64,000 bases of DNA from Candidatus Bathyarchaeota archaeon (GTDB taxonomy: Archaea > Thermoproteota > Bathyarchaeia > Bathyarchaeales > Bathycorpusculaceae): the NCBI GenBank assembly GCA_963702095.1, contig OY969706.1:2016001-2080000 (forward strand), given 5' to 3'. Made by a program: the position numbers and the translations under genes. Within the stretch, counting starts at the first letter, position 1; every line of letters starts with the position of its first letter. The notes under the pieces are model-generated. The model was not told the origin of the DNA, made no database searches, and saw nothing but the letters and a program-made list of their open reading frames with translations. Below are positions 50,668 through 60,252 of this stretch, piece after piece.

Positions 50668-52728
50668 ATGTTGCGACCCGAAAGAATGGCTTCCACATCG
50701 ATTATTTGCATTAGAAAAGATGTGGAACCCGTGCTGGAGACGCTAAACACCTTCGGTGAATTCCATATTGAACCGTCTTCTCAAGACGACGCAACCCTCT
50801 CAGAGTACAACCGAAAAATCCAAGTGGTTGATGAACAACTCCTTGACGTCAACGGGTTAATAAATCAGTTACCACAGCAAAAAACGGGTCTATTTAGCAT
50901 TTTTAAAGTTCAGCAGCCAACCATCGTTCAGGTGACGACGGAGAACTGGCGCAGCCTCCTCGAATTAACACGCCAAAACATTCACTCACTCAAACATGAG
51001 ATGGAAAGCCTCAACGCTGCCCTCACAGAGTTAAAAGAAAAAAAAACAGGGTTAACCCACCTGAAACTGACGTTAACATGCATGCACAGTATGGGCGTCG
51101 ACGTTGCCAGCATGGAAAAATTTAAGCTCATCCATGTTGCCATCGCAAGTTTGCCGATTAAAAATTTTGAAGCGTTTGAAACCGCGGTCGCGGGGCTGCC
51201 GCTTGAAGTCCACCATACCATCTTAACCCACGAAGTGTACTTCCTCACAGCAGCGATGCCGGCGAAACATTGGGAAGAAGTGGAAAAAATACTGCGCACC
51301 TACCACGCGGAGATTTTTCAGTACCCAGAGGATTTGCCTAAAGACGCCGATTTAGCTCTCAAACAAGTCAAAGAACAGTTATCTGAAAACGCCCAGCAAG
51401 AAAAGGAACTTTCCGCTAAACTTTCCAAGCTCTGTGAAGGCAACCGAGGCAACCTTGCTTCTTGGAGGGAAACCTCACAGAACATACTGGCGTTGCTTAG
51501 TGCTGAGAAAAAGATTTTGCAGTCAGGCAGATTGGCAACCATCAAGGGATTCGTGCCCCAGAACAAGTATCCAGAGCTCGAGCAAACCATGCATGGAATG
51601 CTCAACGACAAAGTGTTGGTGTTGCCAGACGATTCATTGGAAGCCAAAGAGGAGGTGCCGCCGTCAAAGTTTAGGCATGGCCGATTCATTAAGCCCTTCG
51701 AAGAAATCACCAAGCTCTACGGCGTGCCCAAGTATAACGAAGTGGACCCGACACCGTTCATCGCAATCACTTTCCCGATCATTTTCGGGTTGATGTTTGG
51801 GGATTTTGGGCAGGGATTGGTGCTGCTGATCGGCGGTTTAACAGTGGGGTTGCTGATTAAGGGTAACCAAGGCATGAAAAACACCTGCTATATTGTAGCT
51901 GCTTGCGGCATAGGTGCCATGGCTGCGGGGTTGGTATTCGGCGAGTATTTTGGCAAAGAAATGTTTCCAGCCCTATGGTTTAGCCCAGTACCATCAATAG
52001 AAGGCGGTGCAGCAGCCTTGGCAAATGCGTCCACAACCGTATTTAACTTTTTGATATTTGCGTTGTTCGTTGGTGTAGTCCAGATTGTCAGCGGCTTAAT
52101 CATCCAAGGCGTGAACTTTGCACTCAAACATGAATACGTCGACACCTTCCTAACAGCCGTCCCCAAAATCGCGTTTTACGTCGGCGGCATCTGGCTAATC
52201 GCAGCTTATCAACTTAACTTCGCGGCTTGGCTGACTGGACCCATACTTGCCCCCATAATACCCTTCGCCATCATGGTCGCAGGTAAACCCCTCTATTTGA
52301 GAATAGCTAAACCAGCAGTTACCCACGAAGGCGAAAGCGCTGAATCAGACACTTTTATAGGCAGGCTTTTTGAAGGCGGAGACTTCTTCACCAGTTTGCT
52401 AAGCAACACAATCTCATACAGCCGTATCCTCGCATTGCTAATGGCGCATTGGGCATTGCTGTTGGTTACCTACACTGTTGCAGAGTTGATTGCGCCAGCA
52501 GGTTCAGGTGCACCCGCATTGGTGTTGGCGGGCGTCATCATAGTCTTCGGCAACATAGCCATCATGGCGCTTGAAGGCTTAATCGTGTTCATCCACACCT
52601 TGAGGCTGCACTTCTACGAGTGGTTCAGCAAATTCTACGCTGGCACAGGCACCGAATTCAATCCCTTCAAACAAGACTTTACCCATACCAAGCTGACGCT
52701 TAAAGGCAAAAAAGAACAGAAAATTTAG
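50668..52728 (+). CDS. atpI: A/V-type ATP synthase subunit I (a), on the opposite strand to the other subunits
   Basis: MLRPERM; YG.PKY.EVDPT; FGLMFGD.GQG; SN.ISYSRI.AL.MAH; IH.LRLHFYEWFSKFY. Confidence 0.96.
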   Translation: MLRPERMASTSIICIRKDVEPVLETLNTFGEFHIEPSSQDDATLSEYNRKIQVVDEQLLDVNGLINQLPQQKTGLFSIFKVQQPTIVQVTTENWRSLLELTRQNIHSLKHEMESLNAALTELKEKKTGLTHLKLTLTCMHSMGVDVASMEKFKLIHVAIASLPIKNFEAFETAVAGLPLEVHHTILTHEVYFLTAAMPAKHWEEVEKILRTYHAEIFQYPEDLPKDADLALKQVKEQLSENAQQEKELSAKLSKLCEGNRGNLASWRETSQNILALLSAEKKILQSGRLATIKGFVPQNKYPELEQTMHGMLNDKVLVLPDDSLEAKEEVPPSKFRHGRFIKPFEEITKLYGVPKYNEVDPTPFIAITFPIIFGLMFGDFGQGLVLLIGGLTVGLLIKGNQGMKNTCYIVAACGIGAMAAGLVFGEYFGKEMFPALWFSPVPSIEGGAAALANASTTVFNFLIFALFVGVVQIVSGLIIQGVNFALKHEYVDTFLTAVPKIAFYVGGIWLIAAYQLNFAAWLTGPILAPIIPFAIMVAGKPLYLRIAKPAVTHEGESAESDTFIGRLFEGGDFFTSLLSNTISYSRILALLMAHWALLLVTYTVAELIAPAGSGAPALVLAGVIIVFGNIAIMALEGLIVFIHTLRLHFYEWFSKFYAGTGTEFNPFKQDFTHTKLTLKGKKEQKI

Positions 52729-53777
52729 AAGTAAAGTTGAGCTCGAATGGCATCAGGCTTCATGTCGCCGTCGATGCCTAAAGCTAATGCGCGTAGGTTG
52801 TAAACTTCAGTTTCTTTCTGAGTCATGTATGCAAGCGGCGTGCCGATGTTGAAGGTGTTGGAGATTGTGCTGGCTTTTGCATGCTCAATTGCGGCTGCTC
52901 GGAGAACTTTTTCAGCTTTAGCCAACGTGTCCTCGGGAGTGTCTTCTTTGACGAAGTATTTGGCGTAGTCTGTGTCGAGAACTATTTTGTATGCTGCCTC
53001 AAAGCTGATGGCGGATAGGACAGCTTCAACCTGCTTCTTGGTCAACTTGAAATAGTTCTGCGGCACCGCCAACCGTAGCCAGTTAGGGTCGTAATTGAGG
53101 TTTTTACCCCTTAAAAGCGAAAGCAAAACGAAACCGTCGTTTTCTGTGCCTGCGTAGAAGCGGGCATGAGGCTTCTCTTTTTTTGGTAAACGCTCAAAAA
53201 CTTCATGAAGATGCTCAAAGAAGAATACATCCAGAAAAACATCCAGGCACATTGTTGAGCCGCTTTCGTTGTAGCTAACTAACCCAGTGTTAAGCGGGCA
53301 CCAATACGCTGTTTTCTTAAAGACACCCACCAGATGAGTCAGATCAGTTGCTTTAGCAGCATCCTCCAATAAAACAGGTTTTTCAATGTGGCATCCCACG
53401 AAGGGGTAGAGTTTAGCCAGTTTCTGCTCAGGCGACTCCTTGGCGAAGGTTGCTTTCACGAGCACCTTGACGTTTTCCACTTCAAACCGCAACAGGTAGA
53501 GGCGGAGGTATTCCTTTGCTGTTTTGGGTGAGTACTTGATTATTTTCTGGTAAGTCTCAATCAGGTTTTCGTTGAAAGCGCGTTCCAATTTGCGGCCAGA
53601 TAGGGGAAGCGCAGTTTTAGCGATTTGCTCTTGGTATGGGGTGTCGCGGAGTTGCCCGGCGAAATCGTTGAGGTTTTTGCTGTCTGCTAAGGTTTTAAGT
53701 TTTGCTTCGCTTAGCAGGCTGCTTCGTTGAGCGCCGATTTTAGCGAGCACCGAAGCGTAACGGACTGTCTGGGGCAA
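52725..53777 (-). CDS. atpC: A/V-type ATP synthase subunit C (d)
   Basis: YASV.AKI.A..S.LL; L..TPY; R.E..N.K; Y...KE.EV.NLR. Confidence 0.9.
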   Translation of the reverse strand: MPQTVRYASVLAKIGAQRSSLLSEAKLKTLADSKNLNDFAGQLRDTPYQEQIAKTALPLSGRKLERAFNENLIETYQKIIKYSPKTAKEYLRLYLLRFEVENVKVLVKATFAKESPEQKLAKLYPFVGCHIEKPVLLEDAAKATDLTHLVGVFKKTAYWCPLNTGLVSYNESGSTMCLDVFLDVFFFEHLHEVFERLPKKEKPHARFYAGTENDGFVLLSLLRGKNLNYDPNWLRLAVPQNYFKLTKKQVEAVLSAISFEAAYKIVLDTDYAKYFVKEDTPEDTLAKAEKVLRAAAIEHAKASTISNTFNIGTPLAYMTQKETEVYNLRALALGIDGDMKPDAIRAQLYF

Positions 53778-53779
53778 CC

Positions 53780-54094
53780 TTAATTTTCCTCGAGAACGGC
53801 GGCTACAACCGTTGAAACCGCATCATCCATGCGTTTTTGGGCTTGGGTTTTCAGTTTTTGGGCGGTTGCTTCGTTTGCTTTGAGTTTTTCAGCGCGGTCA
53901 CGGTTAGCGTCCTCGACGGCTTGGGAGTAGAGTTTCTGTGCTTCTTCTTCGCCGTAGGTTTTACCGTTGGCGACGAGTTTTTCGGATTGCTGCTGTGCAA
54001 GCGCCGTAATTTTTTTGGCTTTTTCCTGTGCATCCGCTTGGATTTGGTCAGCTTGGGCCTCAATTTTTTTTAGTTCATCCCATACTTTCTGCAT
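53780..54094 (-). CDS. atpH: A/V-type ATP synthase subunit H (G), peripheral stalk
   Basis: All-helical charged 104-aa protein (ELKKIEAQADQI..A...A) directly upstream of atpC. Confidence 0.85.
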   Translation of the reverse strand: MQKVWDELKKIEAQADQIQADAQEKAKKITALAQQQSEKLVANGKTYGEEEAQKLYSQAVEDANRDRAEKLKANEATAQKLKTQAQKRMDDAVSTVVAAVLEEN

Positions 54095-54199
54095 CTTGCG
54101 GTCACTGCCTCTATAGGGTTGTTAGCACTCATAATATTCTTACGGTTTCTAAAGGTTTGCGCCTAACCGTTTTGATCGGTACCAGACAAACTTGGATGA

Positions 54200-54448
54200 A
54201 CGTATAGAGGTTTACAGGTAACTCCCACACCTACCCCTATACCGACTCCAACGTCAACTCCAACACCTAAGCCAACCCAATCAACCAGTTCGACCCCAAC
54301 AGCAACTCAATTGACAGCAAAACCAAATACACCCGATTTTATATTATCTCTGTTAATAGTCTTAATAGTCGGCGCAAGTGTGGCAGTGGCAGTTTTATAC
54401 AAAAAGAAATCTAAGCCCAAAAACACCGCTAAGAATACGTTACCGTAG
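54200..54448 (+). pseudogene. Orphan 3' fragment of a surface protein (P/T linker + TM helix + basic tail)
   Basis: Frame reads LQVTPTPTPIPTPTSTPTPKP..NTPDFILSLLIVLIVGASVAVAVLYKKKSK..; in-frame TGA at 54197 and no start codon ahead of the linker. Confidence 0.7.
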
Positions 54449-54539
54449 CTTGGAGTAAATTTTTGGTGTTCTGCTTGCGGATTTGCCCACAACCAACCTG
54501 CAGCCCAATACACAATCCAAACCCAAAAAGCAGTTGCCA

Positions 54540-54600
54540 GCCAAGCCCACAGGAAGAAGATGAGTAAGGGGCGTCTCTGCCTTCTTCTTAAACTAGAAAA
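54540..54600. repeat. Dispersed repeat family 1, copy B
   Basis: Aligns with 9290-9349; AGGAAGAAG/CTTCTTCTT stem. Confidence 0.85.
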
Positions 54601-54742
54601 ACAGAAAAGCCCCAAATTCTGATCTACAGGTATAGGGGTAGGGGAGGGTCTCTTAGAGCAACGGGTCTTTGGCTACGCTACTTTTTGTAAGTTTGAGAAA
54701 CAGTAAAAAGGTGCATGACCCCTTAGTAGGAAGAGAGGGCAA

Positions 54743-56033
54743 AATGGTTATTCCAGACAAATTCAACGTGACCGCAGAGGATGCATACAATTACATTGCA
54801 AGCAAGTACTTTGCCGACCAGCAGCTCTGCATGGTGCTGAAATTCGACGGAAAAATCGATGAAGCCATACTTGCAAGGGCGGTTCGCGTAACTTTGGATT
54901 TAGAACCTGTTTTGGGCTGCCGATTAGCCATCGACAGCGGCAACTTGTTTTGGCTACGCAGAAGCGACCTCGACGAACTGCAAACCTGCCAAGTAATCGC
55001 AGTCCAGCAGGCACTGCAAGACGTCATCAACACACCCACTCATGCGGACGTAGACCCGCTGGTTGCCACACGACTTCTGAGGGAAGGCGGCGGCGATACA
55101 GTCTGTGTTAAAGTTAACCATTCAGCCTGCGACGGGGGAGGACTCAAAGAATACATGTCGCTCCTTAGCAGTGTCTATAACAGCTTGGTATTGGATGGCA
55201 AATGCTTGTTGGAACCCAATTTGGCGGGGAGAAGAGACCAAACACAAGTCTTCCAATACACCAAAGACCCCAAAACCGTACCACTCAAAGACTTCCCCAA
55301 ACCCACATGGGCACTCCCCCAAAAACAAGGCCCAGAAAGGCGCCATATCTATCGTACACTACCTGCGGGGAAACTGGCAGCGATCAAACAGGTTGCAAAA
55401 TCCAAAAAAGCCACCGTCAACGACGCCCTCTTAGCCGCACTCTACCGCCAATTTTTTACGGTAAACAATGCGCCTGAGGGTAAACCCATGATTATCCAAG
55501 TATCCATCGACCTCAGACGGTACTGTCCCAACCGCAAAGCAGAAGCAATCTGTAACCTTTCAAGCGGGTTGCACCTGGAGTTAGAGCGTAAACTGGGCGA
55601 AGGCTTTGAGCAGACACTTGAGAGGGCAACGGCGGCGATGAACAAATTCAAAGAAAAGTATCCAGGCATCGAGACTGCGGTGAAGTTAGACTACCTATTT
55701 AGCCACGGCTTCGCTTGGATGGAGAAGTATATGGGGCAGACAGCTGAGTTAAGCCAAAAGTACAGTCTAACTTATCCGCTTCTCTCCAACTTCGGCGTTC
55801 TACCCGACTATAGTTTCGGAGGATTACACGCAAAAGAGGGGTACATTACGCCTCCCATTATGTACACGCCAGGGTTCATGCTTGGCGCCTCAACCTTCGA
55901 CGGCATGTTAACGCTTTCGATTGGTTACTGCGGAGTAGAAAACACAGCGAAGATGCAGAGCTTTTTGGATAGCTTAATCGAAGATTTTACAAGGCAAAGT
56001 AGGAGGCGGTTGGATGCAGGAATACCTAGTTAA
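54743..56033 (+). CDS. Stand-alone condensation-domain / CoA-dependent acyltransferase
   Basis: NHSACDGGG (HxxxDG), ATVND.L.AA, IDLRRY, N.S, LSNFG. Confidence 0.85.
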
Positions 56034-56208
56034 AACCAAAAGAGTCGGTGACCAAATCGTCATCGCATTACCCAAGGAACTATTGGCGGCACAACAAATC
56101 GGCGCAGATACGACTGTGAAGATTACGGTTCAGAAATACAAAACCGCTTCCGCCACAAAAAATGACTCCACGCTGGGCCCAGATGACCCATGGAAACTAC
56201 TTGAATGA
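56014..56208 (+). CDS. AbrB/MazE/SpoVT-type DNA-binding protein
   Basis: KTKRVGDQIVIALPKELL..QI..DT.V.I; AGGAGG upstream. Confidence 0.7.
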   Translation: MQEYLVKTKRVGDQIVIALPKELLAAQQIGADTTVKITVQKYKTASATKNDSTLGPDDPWKLLE

Positions 56209-56212
56209 GTTC

Positions 56213-57106
56213 TTAAGAACTCTTCAGAAGTGAAGCCAACTCCGCCGTATTTCCAAACATGACGCAATGACCTCTTCCCTCGAATACCTTGACCTGCGAA
56301 AGAGCTATGGATTTAGCAAGCAAATATGCGTTCTCAACGCGGCACGTCTTATCGTCAGCCCCATGCCAGATGAACAATCTATCCCCCGGAACCCGCGAAA
56401 AAGAAAAGCCCCAGGGCTTCATAAACATCTGATGCTCCATAACCACCGTTTTGACTCCAAGATTGCCCTGACGAAATGCTTCAGCCAAAGATTGATACAT
56501 AAGCCCCATCCAAGCAGGATCACCGAAGAAATTCAAGTCATCCTTAGAACAGCCACGGAGCACCTGTTTTCCGCTTCGCGAACGCAGAAAAGCCTCAACG
56601 TCACCGTTGGCTCTAAGCACGTCTGAATGCATGTTTTTCATGGCTAAATAGCCGATGGATGGGATTTTCATGATAAACCTTGCCAGGGGCATGTTATGCG
56701 CGGTTGACACATCAAAGGGTAAAGCGGGCGCACCCACAACAACCGCTCTATTCACACGCTCGGGAAACAGGGCGATGTAGGCAAGTGCAAAAGCGCCTCC
56801 GCCAGACCAACCTAAAACCCCGAACCGTTCAAAGCCTAAATAATCAGTCAAGTGATTAACGTCGCCGGCAAATTCTTGGAGGCTCTTTCTCTGCTGGAAA
56901 GTTGACAAGCCATAGCCTGACCTGTCGACGCCTATTATCTGCAGGTTTGCGGCATTAGCAAGGTCTTTTAGGAGAAGGGTTTCTAGGCGGCTGCTGGCTG
57001 TGCCGTGGAAGTATACAACGGGGACGCCCTCGCCTATTGCTATGTACCCGAGTTGTCGTCCATCAGGCAGTGAGAGCACTTGTCCGCTCCGTTGTTTTTT
57101 CTCCAT
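56213..57106 (-). CDS. Alpha/beta hydrolase
   Basis: LPDGRQLGY, FHG, DR.GYGLS, GWSGG nucleophile elbow, WHG.DD, GH. Confidence 0.93.
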   Translation of the reverse strand: MEKKQRSGQVLSLPDGRQLGYIAIGEGVPVVYFHGTASSRLETLLLKDLANAANLQIIGVDRSGYGLSTFQQRKSLQEFAGDVNHLTDYLGFERFGVLGWSGGGAFALAYIALFPERVNRAVVVGAPALPFDVSTAHNMPLARFIMKIPSIGYLAMKNMHSDVLRANGDVEAFLRSRSGKQVLRGCSKDDLNFFGDPAWMGLMYQSLAEAFRQGNLGVKTVVMEHQMFMKPWGFSFSRVPGDRLFIWHGADDKTCRVENAYLLAKSIALSQVKVFEGRGHCVMFGNTAELASLLKSS

Positions 57107-57133
57107 CGTAATCTCACTTGTGAGTTGTAAACT

Positions 57134-57145
57134 ATTATATATAAT
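57134..57145. promoter_or_regulatory. Palindromic TATA element, possibly bidirectional
   Basis: Perfect 12-bp palindrome ATTATATATAAT, 28 nt from the hydrolase ATG and ~25 nt before a GC-rich structured tract on the + strand. Confidence 0.55.
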
Positions 57146-57167
57146 CCCAGAAAATTAACGCAAACTT

Positions 57168-57295
57168 AGGAGACTGGTCTAGGGGGTTTGCCGGTTGGGA
57201 TAGCGCCGGCACCCCTGGTAGACCCTCGGTTTCTTTCGCGGCAATCTATGACAGATGGCGCCGAGTTTCGGGGCAGGCGAGACTCAAGGGCTGAT
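57168..57295 (+). ncRNA. Candidate structured small RNA
   Basis: GC-rich island in an AT-rich spacer containing three hairpins; see findings. Confidence 0.45.
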
Positions 57296-57502
57296 CTGTT
57301 GATTTGTTGATGGATACATCAACATATAAACCTTGGTTAAACTTAAGTTAAGGCTTGGTTGAGTAAATTCACGGATTAACCCATCAATCCCCAACAGAAT
57401 AATCAACCAACAATTAACCCAAATTAAGCAAAAGTTTATAACAGCAGAATAACCAATGCCTTCCAGCATCAACCAATAAAACAGTCGCTAGGACACCCCA
57501 AA

Positions 57503-58810
57503 ATGCTTCTAGAGCAAACCCAGATTCACATCAAAAGGGAAAATGAGAACCTGTACTACCCTCAATACAGAGACAACTGCATTTCAAACATACCCGACCT
57601 ACTTCTGGAAATATTTAACGCCCAAAACAAAACAGTACACCCCCTGCAAGAAGAAATGGCAGAAAACTGTCCTGAGCGTAACTTAAAAGTTATACTTTTA
57701 GTCATTGACGGCTTTGGGTTTAACCAATACCTAAAACACCAAAGGGAAAACCAATTCTTAACCAAACTAGCCACCAAAGGCGAAGTTGAACCATTAACAA
57801 GCGTTTTTCCATCCCAAACAACAAACGCCCTAACAACATTAAACACGGGTTTAACCCCCCAAGAACACGGCATATTCGAGTATTTTATCTACCTCAAAAA
57901 TATTGGAATAGTTAATTCCCTGCGATTCGAACGCATAGCCCCAAAAAATAAGCAGATTAACAACGAAATTGACCCCAGCATAATGCTCTTAAAAGGAAAA
58001 ACCATTCACAACCGCCTAAAAGAAAAAGGAATCAACACCTTCACGCATATAAACGCAGCCAACGCATTCAACGCCTGCTCCAAACTGATTTTCCAAGGCA
58101 GCACAGTAATACCAGCAGCGAAGACATCCGACACTATCGTGCAGCTATGCAAAAAACTCGAAGAAAACAGCGACAACAGCGCCTACTTTTTTGTGCACCT
58201 CAACACCCTAGACACAATATCACATGAATATGGACCTGACAGCTATGAATACAGCGCCGAGTTATCTATGATAACTTACCTGCTAAACCGGGAGCTAGTG
58301 CAAAAAGTAGACCCCAAAACCGCCAAAGAGACCATCCTCATGTTGACTGCTGACCATGGCGGAGTAACCGTTAACCCCAAAGAAACAATCTACCTATCAA
58401 AAACAGCGTTACCCCTGCAAACCACAAAAAAACGTAAACCAATTTTGCCCACAGGTAGCCCTCGAGAGATTTTTCTACATATCAAAAAAGGCAAACTCGC
58501 TGAAACAAAGGATTGGTTAAACCAGAAAATCGGCGGAAAAGCCCAAGTAATTGAAACACAAGAAGCAGCAAAAAACGGTTTGTTTGGGTTAAACTCGGTA
58601 AGTGAAGAATTTCTTGAAAGAACAGGGAATCTTTTGATTCTGCCTTACGGTAACGAAACCGTGTGGTTTGAGAACCCGGAAGGTAGAAAAATCAGTTATT
58701 TAGGCCAGCATGGAGGGCTGAACAAGCGGGAAATGGTGGTACCGTTTGCAGTTGCTAATCTGGGCAATCTAAGGGAAAAGAGCAGTTTTAGGTTTAAGAC
58801 TACTGTTTAA
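57503..58810 (+). CDS. Alkaline phosphatase superfamily (nucleotide pyrophosphatase/phosphodiesterase-like)
   Basis: IDGFG, SVFPSQT..TG..P.EHG, D..SH.YGP, TADHG, GQHGGL...EM.VP. Confidence 0.9.
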   Translation: MLLEQTQIHIKRENENLYYPQYRDNCISNIPDLLLEIFNAQNKTVHPLQEEMAENCPERNLKVILLVIDGFGFNQYLKHQRENQFLTKLATKGEVEPLTSVFPSQTTNALTTLNTGLTPQEHGIFEYFIYLKNIGIVNSLRFERIAPKNKQINNEIDPSIMLLKGKTIHNRLKEKGINTFTHINAANAFNACSKLIFQGSTVIPAAKTSDTIVQLCKKLEENSDNSAYFFVHLNTLDTISHEYGPDSYEYSAELSMITYLLNRELVQKVDPKTAKETILMLTADHGGVTVNPKETIYLSKTALPLQTTKKRKPILPTGSPREIFLHIKKGKLAETKDWLNQKIGGKAQVIETQEAAKNGLFGLNSVSEEFLERTGNLLILPYGNETVWFENPEGRKISYLGQHGGLNKREMVVPFAVANLGNLREKSSFRFKTTV

Positions 58811-59444
58811 TTGCTTGGGTATCGAGTAATGACCAGCTGGCTGCGAAAGCACCATGCATTGCCTTTAACGGTGTTTCTCCACTGGCAATCACTATTGCAT
58901 CGTTTTCTTGCGGTTTTAGGTCTTGAAGTATTTTATGAGCCGCTACGGGAAACACTTGTTCAATGTCATCGCTAACAGCGTTGATCCGCAATCGCCCGTT
59001 TTGGAAAATAGCTACCAAGGCGCGTGTAGCACCAACCACAATCGCCTTATCCCTCTGTTCAATACCTGACCCCACTTTATCTGCGCCTTCTCGAATGACA
59101 AAGCTGTAGTTGAAGTCAGAGGGAGTTAACTCTGTCCAAGAAAACTTGCCCCGTTGAGGAAAAACTTTGTCGAAATCGCGGCAAACACGTAAACCCTCGC
59201 CTGTAAGCATACATCCAGCCTTAGAGATTTTTACCAACCCAGCGTCAACCAATCGACCAAGTATGGTTCGAGCGGTGCCTTCCCCAACATTTAACCGTTT
59301 AGCAATATTGGAGCGGGAGATTGTCGTTTTAGACATCAGTTGCATGGCATAGAATAGTTGGAAGGCAGAAAATGACAAGTATCTGCCTGCAGCTTTAATT
59401 TCAGCTAAACCATCAAAATAGCACTTAAATTCGTCACAGTTCAA
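58800..59444 (-). CDS. Winged-HTH protein of archaeal DUF4443/DUF2111 type
   Basis: SR..IAKRL.VGEGTARTIL.RL..AGLV; GIEQRD.AI..GA. Confidence 0.75.
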   Translation of the reverse strand: MNCDEFKCYFDGLAEIKAAGRYLSFSAFQLFYAMQLMSKTTISRSNIAKRLNVGEGTARTILGRLVDAGLVKISKAGCMLTGEGLRVCRDFDKVFPQRGKFSWTELTPSDFNYSFVIREGADKVGSGIEQRDKAIVVGATRALVAIFQNGRLRINAVSDDIEQVFPVAAHKILQDLKPQENDAIVIASGETPLKAMHGAFAASWSLLDTQAIKQ

Positions 59445-59502
59445 GCCACCTTGTCACCCCCTGCTTGAGTCAAAAATGGGATTAATTTCATCTTTTCGCC
59501 GT

Positions 59503-60252
59503 CTACACACTAGATTTCTTCAAAGCAACTATGCAACCGGCAAAGAAGGCAACTCCAAAAGCCAAGAGACCAACAAAAGGCAGCCAAGGAAACGGTAAAC
59601 CCAACACGGTTGCACGTAAGAGTTCAGATGAGTGAGTTAAAGGCAAGAAGTACAGTGCAGCTTTAGCGACGTCGGGCAATTGGCTTAATGAGAAGAAGGT
59701 GCCGCATAGAAAAGTCATCGGCAAAATGACCAGAGTGCTAAAGGTGCTCATGCCCTGGTGAGAAGTGATAACTAACGCTATGAGCACGCCAAACAAAGCG
59801 AACACAAAACAGGACAATACCAGCATTAAGAAGAACAATGGACTAACTAGTAAGGTCGGTGCGAGATACAATCCTACAGCGTATATGGCGACAGAGCTAA
59901 TCAATCCCCGTATTACACCTATCAAGGCTTTACCCATAATAATCGAGTATGAACTAACAGGGGACATCAAGAGTTCGTCGAAGCTTTTGTAAAAAAACTT
60001 ATCCACCTGAAGCTTTGAAGCGGCACCGTTAAAACTGATGGAAAAAGCAGTCAACGCTACGATACCTGGAATAACAAAGGCAAGATAAGTGACGCCGTCG
60101 ACACTTATGTTGCGGCCTAAACCGTAGCCAAAAGCAATCAAATACAGCAACGGCAACACGAGACTGGTTGCGACTGTGGATTTCCAATGGCGTCGCATGT
60201 TACGCAGGTCAACCCAAAGAACCGAGTAAATATCGCGTAGTAGTTTCATCAT
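59503..60252 (-). CDS. ABC-2 type transporter permease
   Basis: Y.AF.IPG, LL.SP, I.GK, P..FL.G.FF...LP, PLTH. Confidence 0.92.
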   Translation of the reverse strand: MMKLLRDIYSVLWVDLRNMRRHWKSTVATSLVLPLLYLIAFGYGLGRNISVDGVTYLAFVIPGIVALTAFSISFNGAASKLQVDKFFYKSFDELLMSPVSSYSIIMGKALIGVIRGLISSVAIYAVGLYLAPTLLVSPLFFLMLVLSCFVFALFGVLIALVITSHQGMSTFSTLVILPMTFLCGTFFSLSQLPDVAKAALYFLPLTHSSELLRATVLGLPFPWLPFVGLLAFGVAFFAGCIVALKKSSV

